Assembly: GCA_002898555.1 (NCBI GenBank)
Contig: BEHR01000007.1
Location: 23,459-87,458, forward strand
Reading direction: 5' to 3'
From: a bacterium HR15
GTDB taxonomy: Bacteria; Armatimonadota; Fimbriimonadia; Fimbriimonadales; GBS-DC
Length of the DNA: 64,000 nucleotides
Below the pieces are notes generated by a model. The model searched no databases. It worked only from the letters and a program-made list of their open reading frames with translations, and was not told where the DNA came from. Shown here one piece after another: positions 23,362 to 31,679 of the stretch; positions within the stretch are counted from its first letter, which is position 1, and each line of letters opens with the position of its first letter. Made by a program: the position numbers and the translations under genes.

Positions 23362-25035
23362 GTGGTTCGGCGATTCACCGATGTGCTGATTGAAGAGGGC
23401 ATTCTGGATGCGCAACGGCTGGGCGAGCTCATCGCCGCGCGCACCGACCTGCAGGAGCCTGTGGAGGATTATCTGGTGCGTGTCGGTGCGATTGATGAGC
23501 GCACACGCGCCCGTGTGCTGAGCTTGATGTACAATGTGCCCCTGATCGATTTTCAGACCATTTCCATCCAGCCGGAAGCGGTCGCGGCGGTACCGCGCGA
23601 GGTCGCCCTGCGCTGCAAAGCGATGCCCATCGCCCTGAACGGCTCCCAGCTGGTGGTGGCGATGATGGACCCTGCCGATATCGTGGCGGTGGATGACCTG
23701 CGGGCCGCCTCCGGACGCGAAATCTCGGTTGCGGTCGCCTCACGCCCGCAAATTCAGGATGCCCTGATGCGCTACTACGGGCTGGATGAGGATGTGCGAA
23801 GCGTGGTGCAGCGCATCCGCACCGCCGAAGAGGAAGATGTCTCCGTCATTCGGCTGGTGGAAGCGCTGATTAATCGCGCGATCGCCGATCGCGCCAGTGA
23901 CCTCCATATCGAGCCGCTGGAGAACCGTACCCGCGTGCGTGAGCGCGTCGACGGCGTGCTGCGCGAAACCTCCGAAATCCCTCAAGAGCTACACGACGCG
24001 GTGGTGGCGCGAATCAAGATTATGTCCAATCTCGATATTGCTGAAAAGCGGGTGCCTCAGGATGGGCGCATCGCATATCAAATCGGCGGTCAAGCTTACG
24101 ATCTGCGTGTCTCCACCTATCCTTCCATCTATGGCGAAAAAGTGGTGCTGCGAATTTTAGAGAAATCCACCGAGCGGTTCGATCTGGAGAAGCTGGGGAT
24201 CGAACCGTCGCAACTAATGCGGCTAAAGCGTGTTATCGAGCGTCCCTACGGCATGCTCATCGTGTGCGGTCCGACGGGTTCAGGCAAGACCACCACCCTC
24301 TACGCCGCGCTCAGCCATCTGAACACGCCCGAACGCAACATCATCACGATTGAAGACCCGGTAGAGTATCAGCTGCCGGGCATCGTGCAGGCGAATGTGA
24401 ATCCGCGCGCAGGGCTGACCTTCGCGACGGGGCTGCGAGCGATGTTGCGCCAAGATCCCGATGTGGTGCTGGTGGGCGAGATACGCGACCGCGAGACAGC
24501 CATCATCGCGGTGGAAGCCGCGCTCACAGGGCATATGGTCTTTTCCACGCTCCACGCGAACGAGGCGGCGGGCGCACCGGGACGCCTCATCGAGATGGGC
24601 GTGGAGCCGTTCCTGCTGGCATCCGCGCTGGTGGGCGTGCTGTCGCAACGACTGGTACGCTTGCTGTGTGCCGAATGTAAGGAACCCGTGGAACCCGATT
24701 CGGAACTGCTGGCTCGCCTGCGACTGACACCAGCGATGCTGGCGCAGGCAACGGTCTATACCGCACGCGGTTGCCACCGCTGCCAGTTCACGGGCTATCG
24801 CGGACGCAGCGCCATCATGGAGCTGATGGATATCAACGACGCCATTCGGCACGGCATCATGCACCATCAACCAGCAGCCACACTGCGCGAAGCTGCCATC
24901 GAGAACGGCATGATCCCGCTCTATCAGGACGCGCTGCGCCTGGTGCGTGCAGGCAAAACCAGCCTGGAGGAGGTGCTGCGCGTAGTTGCCAACGATATCG
25001 ATGACTCGCCCTGGACCGAAAGCAAGGTTGCCTAA
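23362..25035 (+). CDS. pilB: type IV pilus / type II secretion assembly ATPase (GspE/PilB family)
   Basis: 557 aa with an N-terminal T2SSE_N-like domain, Walker A (CGPTGSGKTTT), the Asp box, Walker B (DPDVVLVGEIRD), the His box (GHMVFSTLHAN) and a tetracysteine cluster (CAEC...CHRC). Confidence 0.85.
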   Translation: MVRRFTDVLIEEGILDAQRLGELIAARTDLQEPVEDYLVRVGAIDERTRARVLSLMYNVPLIDFQTISIQPEAVAAVPREVALRCKAMPIALNGSQLVVAMMDPADIVAVDDLRAASGREISVAVASRPQIQDALMRYYGLDEDVRSVVQRIRTAEEEDVSVIRLVEALINRAIADRASDLHIEPLENRTRVRERVDGVLRETSEIPQELHDAVVARIKIMSNLDIAEKRVPQDGRIAYQIGGQAYDLRVSTYPSIYGEKVVLRILEKSTERFDLEKLGIEPSQLMRLKRVIERPYGMLIVCGPTGSGKTTTLYAALSHLNTPERNIITIEDPVEYQLPGIVQANVNPRAGLTFATGLRAMLRQDPDVVLVGEIRDRETAIIAVEAALTGHMVFSTLHANEAAGAPGRLIEMGVEPFLLASALVGVLSQRLVRLLCAECKEPVEPDSELLARLRLTPAMLAQATVYTARGCHRCQFTGYRGRSAIMELMDINDAIRHGIMHHQPAATLREAAIENGMIPLYQDALRLVRAGKTSLEEVLRVVANDIDDSPWTESKVA

Positions 25036-25041
25036 CCCACC

Positions 25042-26250
25042 ATGCCCATCTACGAATGTCGCGTCCGTTCGAAAAGCGGTGAGATGCGCCAGCTGAGCCT
25101 CGAAGCGCCCAGCGCCCAGGTGGCGGTGGAACGCCTGCATCGCGAGGGGCACTTCGTGCTGCAAGTGCATGAGCAGCGGGTGCGTTCGGAACGGCGCGGG
25201 TTCATCCTGTTCAAACGCGCGCGGCTGGATGAGCTGGTCGCCTTCAGCCGCGAGTTCGCCGTGATGATCCGCGCGGGCATCCCCCTCATGGAAGCGCTGC
25301 AGACCATGATCGAGCATATGAGACCCGGCGTATTGCGCGAAGCCTTGGAGAAAGTGCGCAACGAGGTGGAGGGCGGTATCCCCCTCTCCGAAGCGATGCG
25401 ACGCCAGCCGCACGCTTTCCCCGACCTCTATGTGAACCTGGTGCAATCGGCGGAGGCAAGCGGCAGCCTTGATGAAGTGCTGAAACGCGCCGCCGATTAC
25501 CTGAGCGACGCGCTCGCGCTGCAGCGGCGCGTCAAATCCGCCATGATGTACCCTGCCGTGGTGTTCATCGCGACGCTGTTTGTGATGGCGTATATGGTGG
25601 TGTTCATTATGCCCAAATTCTCCGAGATGTTCCGCCAGATGAATGTGAACTTGCCCATCACGACAAAGGCGCTGGTGTGGCTGGGCGATTTAGGCGGGCG
25701 GCATAAGCTGCCGGTGCTGTTGAGTCCGCTATGGGTGCTGGGCGGGCTTTGGGGCGCGTGGCAATCGCCTCGGGTGCGTGAACCGCTCCGCTACTGGATT
25801 GCCCGCTTGCCGTTGGTGGGCGATTTGACGCGCAAGGTGGTGCTGACGCGCACCTTGTCTGCGCTGCAGACCCTGATCGCCACCGGGGTCGCCCTGCCCC
25901 GCGCCCTCGATTTGGCAGCCGCCACCTCCGGCGACCACCGCATGCGCCACGCTCTGGCAACCATCCGCGCGGAAGTCGAAGCGGGCATCCCGCTGGCAAC
26001 CGCCATGCGTGAAACAGGTATCTTTCCCAGCCTCGTGGTGCAACTGGTCGCCGCAGGTGAAAAGACGGGCGCGCTGCCCGAAATGCTGGGCGAAGTGGTC
26101 ACCTTCTACGACGATGAAGTGCAGCAGAAACTCAAAGGCTTGACCTCCACGCTGGAACCCATCCTGATGCTCTTTCTGGGACTGGTGATTGGTATCTTCG
26201 CCTTCTCCGTCATTTCGCCCATTTACGACCTGATGGGCACCATCAAATAA
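25042..26250 (+). CDS. pilC: type II secretion system F family platform protein (PilC/GspF)
   Basis: 402 aa with two T2SSF repeats and three TM segments. It lies immediately downstream of pilB. Confidence 0.85.
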   Translation: MPIYECRVRSKSGEMRQLSLEAPSAQVAVERLHREGHFVLQVHEQRVRSERRGFILFKRARLDELVAFSREFAVMIRAGIPLMEALQTMIEHMRPGVLREALEKVRNEVEGGIPLSEAMRRQPHAFPDLYVNLVQSAEASGSLDEVLKRAADYLSDALALQRRVKSAMMYPAVVFIATLFVMAYMVVFIMPKFSEMFRQMNVNLPITTKALVWLGDLGGRHKLPVLLSPLWVLGGLWGAWQSPRVREPLRYWIARLPLVGDLTRKVVLTRTLSALQTLIATGVALPRALDLAAATSGDHRMRHALATIRAEVEAGIPLATAMRETGIFPSLVVQLVAAGEKTGALPEMLGEVVTFYDDEVQQKLKGLTSTLEPILMLFLGLVIGIFAFSVISPIYDLMGTIK

Positions 26251-26285
26251 GATGGAACCTCCCATTTACTCCCTTCGTCGAAGCG

Positions 26286-26321
26286 CATTAAGCAGGAATC
26301 GGCAAATGCATGGGGTATAAT
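26286..26321 (+). promoter_or_regulatory. conserved 16-mer CATTAAGCAGGAATCG plus TATAAT, 14 nt apart (pseudopilin promoter, copy 1)
   Basis: The 16-mer lies at 26286..26301 and TATAAT at 26316..26321. The identical 16-mer with identical spacing recurs at 29480..29515. Confidence 0.5.
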
Positions 26322-26386
26322 AAGGCAAGGCTGGCAATCTCACCATGCATTTGCCAGCACACTGGCATAATGGAGGAGGTCATACG

Positions 26387-27268
26387 ATGCGACATGGTAG
26401 AGGCTTTCGAGGCTTTACGCTGATCGAGTTGCTGGTCGTGATTGCGATTATCGCCATCTTGGCGGCGATCCTGTTCCCCGTGTTCGCTCAGGCGCGCGAG
26501 GCTGCTCGTACAACAAGTTGCTTAAGCAATAACAAGCAGATGGGAGCAGCCGTCCTTATGTACGCGAATGACTACGACGAAATGATTGTCCCCGTCATGG
26601 TCTATGCGCCCCAGGGCGCCACACGCTTCTCCCAGGCATACCGGACATGGATTGTACTGGTGCAACCATATATGAAGAACACTGGAATTATTATCTGTCC
26701 TAATGCTATTTACCAGAACAAAGACATAGACACCATTGATACATGGCTCTCGTACGGGATCATGGCAAGGACAGAAGTGTGCGGCTTGCGCCAGTACTGG
26801 AAAGTAGCTGATGCGGGGAGCACAAGGCAGTTAGGTATTGTGGGTGCCATCTACCAAGGCATTGCTGGATACGCTGGACCTCCTGTTTGGGGACTGCAGC
26901 GTGTCACACCCAGCATGACCCTTGGGCAGATTGCCCGCCCTGCCGAGGTTGCTATGGTTCAGGATAGCGGCAATTTCGACACTTGGCATGGTGTCTTTTG
27001 TGATCAAGGAGGTAGTGATGGCTACGGACTGGGCTATTGCGGAGCATGGATCGTTAATGGTCAACAACTAGAGTTCCAGCGTTTTGGTCCCCATCCACGC
27101 CATAAAAGTGGGGAGCGCACCTGTAGTGTGCAGGGCTTTGTTGGGGGTACGCTGGATGTCGTCTATGTGGATGGACATGCGAAGACCATTAAAAATGGCC
27201 AGTTTCTCCGTTGGGCAACTCTCCCGGATGGTCGTAAGTATCTCCCGAGCTATTGGCCTTTTGAATAA
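26387..27268 (+). CDS. prepilin-type N-terminal cleavage/methylation domain protein, DUF1559-like pseudopilin
   Basis: The ATG at 26387 follows GGAGGAGG. The N-terminus is [41 protein letters not shown], a class III signal (G/FTLIE). A C-terminal [11 protein letters not shown] motif is present. Confidence 0.85.
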   Translation: MRHGRGFRGFTLIELLVVIAIIAILAAILFPVFAQAREAARTTSCLSNNKQMGAAVLMYANDYDEMIVPVMVYAPQGATRFSQAYRTWIVLVQPYMKNTGIIICPNAIYQNKDIDTIDTWLSYGIMARTEVCGLRQYWKVADAGSTRQLGIVGAIYQGIAGYAGPPVWGLQRVTPSMTLGQIARPAEVAMVQDSGNFDTWHGVFCDQGGSDGYGLGYCGAWIVNGQQLEFQRFGPHPRHKSGERTCSVQGFVGGTLDVVYVDGHAKTIKNGQFLRWATLPDGRKYLPSYWPFE

Positions 27269-27280
27269 GGAGGCGAAGCC

Positions 27281-27508
27281 ATGCACATGGAAATTCCGAA
27301 ACCCATTGCAGTTGCGATCATCGTCGTAATAGCAGCAGTAGCACTCTTTGTGGTCTACTACTTTGCTGGTGGACAACAGCAAACCGCTAAATCACCGGGC
27401 GTGCTGCCACCTAATGTACAGTTAGGACCAGGAGTAGGTGGTGGAGCGTCTACTCCTAATGCCACGCCTGCTCCACAAAATCCACAAGGGGCTGTCGAAC
27501 TGCGCTGA
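27281..27508 (+). CDS. small single-pass membrane protein with Pro/Gly-rich tail (pseudopilin-associated, copy 1)
   Basis: 75 aa, with AAGGAGG upstream. It has one TM helix (IAVAIIVVIAAVALFVVYYF) followed by a low-complexity P/G/Q tail. The layout matches the ORFs at 30451 and 31498. Confidence 0.6.
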   Translation: MHMEIPKPIAVAIIVVIAAVALFVVYYFAGGQQQTAKSPGVLPPNVQLGPGVGGGASTPNATPAPQNPQGAVELR

Positions 27509-27525
27509 AAGAACATCCAAGTCTA

Positions 27526-27566
27526 AAGCCTTGCCAACCGCCAAGTAGGGCTGGTTGGCAAGGCTT
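27526..27566. terminator. bidirectional hairpin between convergent genes
   Basis: A perfect 14-bp stem (AAGCCTTGCCAACC / GGTTGGCAAGGCTT) with a 13-nt loop. Short T-runs lie on both sides (TTT on the reverse-strand reading). Confidence 0.6.
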
Positions 27567-27594
27567 CGTTGACATATGTTCCGAGCGGACGCAA

Positions 27595-28941
27595 TTAACA
27601 ACCCCGCCCTAGGTTGATCAACACGATTAGCAGATCAGCATCGTCCACGCAACCATCCTGATTAATATCGGCAGAACCGCACCTGCCGCAACATCCCCAT
27701 GCCATAAGCACTGCTATCAGGTCCGCATCACTAACACACCCATCGCAGTCGATATCTCCAAAAGGTTCAAGGGGACAAACTGTATCTAAAGTATATCCCA
27801 TCTCTCTCATCGCCCCACGCGTAAGCACAAGGTTAAACCCCCAGCCTACAATATAGCGCCCATTAGGAGTGATAGCTGCTCCAGCGGCAAGATGCGAGAT
27901 CGGATCACCCGGCAGCAGGTGAGCATATGTCTGATTGAGATCCTCCATTCCTCGTGCTGGTGTCCAACGAAAAGCATGTAGCCGGCGATCAGAATTGCTC
28001 GCTTCGCCAACAACAATAAAGCCATCTGCAGAGACATCATAGGCACGACTATAACTGCCACCCGGTAAAATTCCGAGATCTTGCATACCATCTGTTGATG
28101 TCCATCGAAAAGCATGGATGGTACCTTCTGCCGTCTTAGATTCTCCAACTACAATTGTTCCATTTTCTGATATACCGTAGGCACAGCTATAGTTGCCTCC
28201 AAGAGTGCCTAGGTCTTGTACGAGATATACACCTGAACAGTCAGCGTACCAACGAACGGCATGAACTTCGCCATCAGGCGTTTCTGCACAGCCACTGATC
28301 CAGTGTCCATCCGCTGAGACTGCGTAAGCAATGCTTCGGCGTCCCCCTAAGGTACCCAAGTCCTGCATACGCCCGCAGGCTTCTTCCCAACGGAACGCTC
28401 TCATAACTCCTTCATTATTGTCTGCCCATCCCACCACAACTGCTCCATCTGCCGAGACATCGTAAGCCCAGCTAAGTTCACCTCCTAAGGTGCCCAGGTT
28501 CTGCATAGATCCTCCTACCCAGCGAAAAGCATTATGGACTACCCATGCCTCTGGACAACCAGATACACCTACAACTATAGAGCCATTTGCAGAAATGCCA
28601 AAGGCCCAACTCCAATTGTTTGCAGGGGGATCGCAAATTTCAAGGGTGCCTAAGTTACTTGACGGCGCTACGTATGATGTCCCATAGTTGGCGATCCAAG
28701 TCGAAGCATTAAACATCGATTCTAAACCTCCAAAGTATGCTTGGCCAACTACTAACAAACCATCTGGCGTAACGTGCTGGGCTCGGCTCCAGTTGCCACC
28801 ATGCATGGGATCATCTGGTGCTCCGTCGAAAGGAAGAAGCCATACCAGGCTCGGAGTCTGCGAACATGCAATGCCGGTCAGCAATATCGCTAGTAGTGTT
28901 GCCAGATTCAATCCGAAGTTGCGTTTCAGCGCTTTCATCAT
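27595..28941 (-). CDS. secreted HAF-family repeat protein with C-terminal Cys-rich dockerin-type module
   Basis: 448 aa with a signal peptide and lipobox-like LTGIAC. It has repeated GTLGG..S.AY.VSADG..VVG...HAFRW units. The C-terminus carries two Ca-loop-like segments (DIDCDGCVSDADL and DINQDGCVDDADL). The gene is markedly AT-richer than its flanks. Confidence 0.75.
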   Translation of the reverse strand: MMKALKRNFGLNLATLLAILLTGIACSQTPSLVWLLPFDGAPDDPMHGGNWSRAQHVTPDGLLVVGQAYFGGLESMFNASTWIANYGTSYVAPSSNLGTLEICDPPANNWSWAFGISANGSIVVGVSGCPEAWVVHNAFRWVGGSMQNLGTLGGELSWAYDVSADGAVVVGWADNNEGVMRAFRWEEACGRMQDLGTLGGRRSIAYAVSADGHWISGCAETPDGEVHAVRWYADCSGVYLVQDLGTLGGNYSCAYGISENGTIVVGESKTAEGTIHAFRWTSTDGMQDLGILPGGSYSRAYDVSADGFIVVGEASNSDRRLHAFRWTPARGMEDLNQTYAHLLPGDPISHLAAGAAITPNGRYIVGWGFNLVLTRGAMREMGYTLDTVCPLEPFGDIDCDGCVSDADLIAVLMAWGCCGRCGSADINQDGCVDDADLLIVLINLGRGC

Positions 28942-29053
28942 TTGTCCCTCCTAGCTTTACTGATCCCTTAGATCCTTACTGCAGCGACTACGCTGCGTCA
29001 ACGCATTACCCTAACAGTGCAGGGGAGTCAGACTCTCTGCAACACTGCCCCTC

Positions 29054-29088
29054 ATTATACCCCATTCCTTGGAGCATTTGTCAAGGGG
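29054..29088 (-). promoter_or_regulatory. sigma70-like promoter copy P1 for the HAF gene (TTGACA-19-TATAAT)
   Basis: The reverse strand reads ccccTTGACAaatgctccaaggaatggggTATAATg. Confidence 0.5.
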
Positions 29089-29119
29089 TTCAGGGAATTT
29101 TTCCCTTATTTTCTCTTCT

Positions 29120-29154
29120 ATTATACCCCATCTCTGGGGCATTTGTCAATGGGG
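29120..29154 (-). promoter_or_regulatory. sigma70-like promoter copy P2 (TTGACA-18-TATAAT), tandem duplicate of P1
   Basis: The reverse strand reads ccccaTTGACAaatgccccagagatggggTATAATag. It is a direct repeat of 29054..29088 with a few substitutions. Confidence 0.5.
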
Positions 29155-29181
29155 CAAGAGGGTGTTCAAAAATTCGCGTAG

Positions 29182-29348
29182 ACAATCACCACCCACACCC
29201 AACACACAAAATTACCCTCCCCAACCAACTGCACCAAACCCACTATGTTCCACAACACAAACATCCCCCACACCCACAATCGAGCACCCACCCACGAACG
29301 CGAACGCCATACGCTCCCATACGCACCCTGCACACCCACAAACACAAA
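29182..29348 (+). repeat. strand-asymmetric C/A-rich, G-depleted low-complexity tract
   Basis: By my count there are only 2 G in 29182..29280 and 11 G across the whole tract. It is built from CACCC/ACACA/CCAAC-type short motifs. The track ORFs across it translate to low-complexity P/T/H-rich strings. Confidence 0.7.
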
Positions 29349-29349
29349 T

Positions 29350-29389
29350 TTTTCTTTTCCGGGGTATCCCGCTGGGTCGGAAAAGAAAA
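29350..29389. terminator. perfect 12-bp A/T-rich hairpin with flanking T-run
   Basis: TTTTCTTTTCCG - 16-nt loop - CGGAAAAGAAAA, followed by TTTT on the + strand. It sits between divergent genes, directly after the C/A tract. Confidence 0.45.
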
Positions 29390-29479
29390 TTTTCCCGCTC
29401 TATCCAATAACGACCCCGCAACGCTCAACCATACACCTCCGCGCGTGCACACGCGCCCACTTGGCCACTGCTAATTTCC

Positions 29480-29515
29480 CATTAAGCAGGAATCGCAGGC
29501 AAAATGGTGTATAAT
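29480..29515 (+). promoter_or_regulatory. conserved 16-mer CATTAAGCAGGAATCG plus TATAAT, 14 nt apart (pseudopilin promoter, copy 2)
   Basis: The 16-mer lies at 29480..29495 and TATAAT at 29510..29515, the same architecture as 26286..26321. Confidence 0.5.
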
Positions 29516-29601
29516 AGACATGACCCTTGCCGCCCGGCGCATGCTGGGCGTATTTAGTGAACCTGCCAGCGCTGGGCGGATCGGGTGAAGGAGGTCAGGT
29601 A

Positions 29602-30441
29602 ATGCGATATAATAGAGGCTTCACTTTGATCGAGTTGCTGGTCGTGATTGCGATTATCGCCATTTTGGCGGCGATCCTGTTCCCGGTGTTCGCTCAGGCG
29701 CGCGAGAAGGGGCGGCAATCCACTTGCGCCTCTAACCACAACCAGCTGGGCAAAGCCATTCTGATGTATGCCAGTGATAACGAGGAAGTGCTGGTGCCCA
29801 GTCGCCTCGTACCCGGCAACAACCCAAACAGCCCTGGTGTCAGGATATGGCAGGAGTTGGTCGCGCCCTATGTGAAGAATGTGGATGTCTACTTCTGTCC
29901 CAATGGGCGCAAACCCCCTGGGAACAGTCCCTTTGTACCCAGTTGGGCGACACGCGGCTGGCCTTCTATCGGCTATAACGCGCATATCTCTGGCTGGTAC
30001 TGGGTCGGTGGGGGCTTACCGGGCGACCCGGATGAGACCCTGATGGTGCCCAACCGCTCCATGATTAAGAAACCTGCCCAGTTCGTGTTGCTGGCGGACG
30101 CGCCCAACGGCGACAATAATGCACCCTACAACTGCCGTGGCTACTTGACCGACAACAACTGGTATGGCGGTTGCAGTGGCGATCCGACAGGGCGGCAACA
30201 CCGTACGGACATTACATCCTATGTAGGTGTCGGCATTATGGCACGCCATTCAGGCGGACTGAACATCGGCTTTGCTGATGGGCATACCAAATGGTTCCGC
30301 CTCGAGCAGGTGCTGCCCTACACCCCACAGCAGTTCGCAGCCCTCTATCCAGGTCGCACCTGCCGCTTTGTCGACGAGTATCGCGATTTCAACGCGGCAA
30401 AGACGCACTGGGTCATCTTCAACACCTGCAACCCGGATTAG
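29602..30441 (+). CDS. prepilin-type N-terminal domain protein, H-X9-DG/DUF1559 pseudopilin
   Basis: The ATG at 29602 follows GAAGGAGG. The N-terminus is [58 protein letters not shown] is an exact H-X9-DG motif. Confidence 0.9.
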   Translation: MRYNRGFTLIELLVVIAIIAILAAILFPVFAQAREKGRQSTCASNHNQLGKAILMYASDNEEVLVPSRLVPGNNPNSPGVRIWQELVAPYVKNVDVYFCPNGRKPPGNSPFVPSWATRGWPSIGYNAHISGWYWVGGGLPGDPDETLMVPNRSMIKKPAQFVLLADAPNGDNNAPYNCRGYLTDNNWYGGCSGDPTGRQHRTDITSYVGVGIMARHSGGLNIGFADGHTKWFRLEQVLPYTPQQFAALYPGRTCRFVDEYRDFNAAKTHWVIFNTCNPD

Positions 30442-30450
30442 GAGACGGCG

Positions 30451-30648
30451 ATGCAGACCTTTCGTGACAGACCCGCTTTGGCGTGGGGCTTTCTGGTCAT
30501 AGCCTTGCTGGTGCTACTTGCCAGCTATTACTTCTTTGTGTTGCGTCCAAACCAGCCTTCTGCGCCCCCTGCGCCAGTACCGGCAACAGGTGGGCAACCT
30601 GCGGCGCCATCCCCTTCTTCAGGAGGTGGGCAGACCGTACCTTATTAA
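30451..30648 (+). CDS. small single-pass membrane protein with Pro-rich tail (copy 2)
   Basis: 65 aa: [44 protein letters not shown]... It is a paralogue of the ORF at 31498. Confidence 0.6.
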   Translation: MQTFRDRPALAWGFLVIALLVLLASYYFFVLRPNQPSAPPAPVPATGGQPAAPSPSSGGGQTVPY

Positions 30649-30671
30649 ATCACTCTGGAGGTGAGGCTCCG

Positions 30672-31493
30672 ATGAGAAGACAAGGCTTCACTTTGATCGA
30701 GTTGCTGGTCGTGATTGCGATTATCGCCATTTTGGCGGCAATCCTGTTCCCGGTGTTCGCTCAGGCGCGCGAGAAGGGGCGACAATCCACCTGCGCCTCC
30801 AATCAAAACCAACTGGGAAAGGCGGTGCTAATGTACGCCTCTGATAACGAGAACATACTGCCTCCGAACCGCGTCGTATTGGGTCCCACAGGCGGGCTGC
30901 CCGACGATCAGCGCAGGTTCTGGGCAGGACTGATCCAGCCCTATGTGAAGAACAAGGAGGTGGTCTTCTGCCCCAGCGGGAAAAAGCCACCGTTCGAGAT
31001 CGACCTCAACAACTGGTTCCACCGCGGTTGGCTCTCCATCGGTTACAACGCCCATATTGCTGGTTGGTACTGGATTGGCGGCGGCTTGCCCGGTGGTGCG
31101 GAGACCTTAATGGTGCCGAGCCTTTCGTGGATCAAGGCACCTGGGCAGTTTGTCATGCTGGCGGAGACCGCGAATGGTAACGCACCTCCACAAGGCAACT
31201 GCTTCGGCTCCTCGGCGGACAACAACGCCTACGGTGGCTGTGAAGGCGAACCCACCTTCCGCATGGTCATTCAGGGGTTAGCGCGCAGCCCGACAGTGGG
31301 CTACAGTCCGATATTGGCACGCCATATGGGCGGTTTAAACATCACCCTCATGGACGGACACACCAAATGGTTCAAGCTGGAAGCAGTGCTGCCCCGCCCA
31401 CCGCAAAACGCTGGCTGCACGAATCCAGAGGAGCTGCGCGACTTCAATGCGGCGAACCTGCGCTGGCTCATCTGGAACAACTGTGTGAGGTGA
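30672..31493 (+). CDS. prepilin-type N-terminal domain protein, H-X9-DG/DUF1559 pseudopilin (tandem paralogue of 29602..30441)
   Basis: The ATG at 30672 follows GGAGGTGAGG. The N-terminus is [79 protein letters not shown] is an exact H-X9-DG motif. Confidence 0.9.
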   Translation: MRRQGFTLIELLVVIAIIAILAAILFPVFAQAREKGRQSTCASNQNQLGKAVLMYASDNENILPPNRVVLGPTGGLPDDQRRFWAGLIQPYVKNKEVVFCPSGKKPPFEIDLNNWFHRGWLSIGYNAHIAGWYWIGGGLPGGAETLMVPSLSWIKAPGQFVMLAETANGNAPPQGNCFGSSADNNAYGGCEGEPTFRMVIQGLARSPTVGYSPILARHMGGLNITLMDGHTKWFKLEAVLPRPPQNAGCTNPEELRDFNAANLRWLIWNNCVR

Positions 31494-31497
31494 GCCT

Positions 31498-31668
31498 ATG
31501 CAAGCTTTTCGGAACAATCCTACCCTTGCGATTGGGTTGCTGGTAGTGGCGCTGCTGATACTGCTGGCAAGCTGGTGGTTCTTTATGCGCACGCCAGAAC
31601 CTAATGTGTCACCCGTGCAGCCGCCTCCCCCAGCACCCACCCCGGAAAAACAGGCTAATCCTATCTGA
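31498..31668 (+). CDS. small single-pass membrane protein with Pro-rich tail (copy 3; too short for the ORF track)
   Basis: My translation gives [56 protein letters not shown] (56 aa). The TGA lies at 31666..31668. The protein is collinear with the 30451 product. Confidence 0.55.
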   Translation: MQAFRNNPTLAIGLLVVALLILLASWWFFMRTPEPNVSPVQPPPPAPTPEKQANPI

Positions 31669-31679
31669 GGAGGTTCAAT

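Noticed and set aside
24280-25446. 388-aa reverse-strand ORF
   Set aside because: It lies entirely antisense to the well-supported pilB/pilC genes. Its composition is Arg/His/Gln/Ala-rich, as expected for a shadow frame.
28818-29474. 218-aa + strand ORF (and overlapping 113-, 89- and 69-aa ORFs) over the HAF upstream region
   Set aside because: The translation is low-complexity (P/T/H/N runs), produced by the G-depleted C/A tract. The ORF spans two promoter copies and a hairpin, and has no SD or credible start context.
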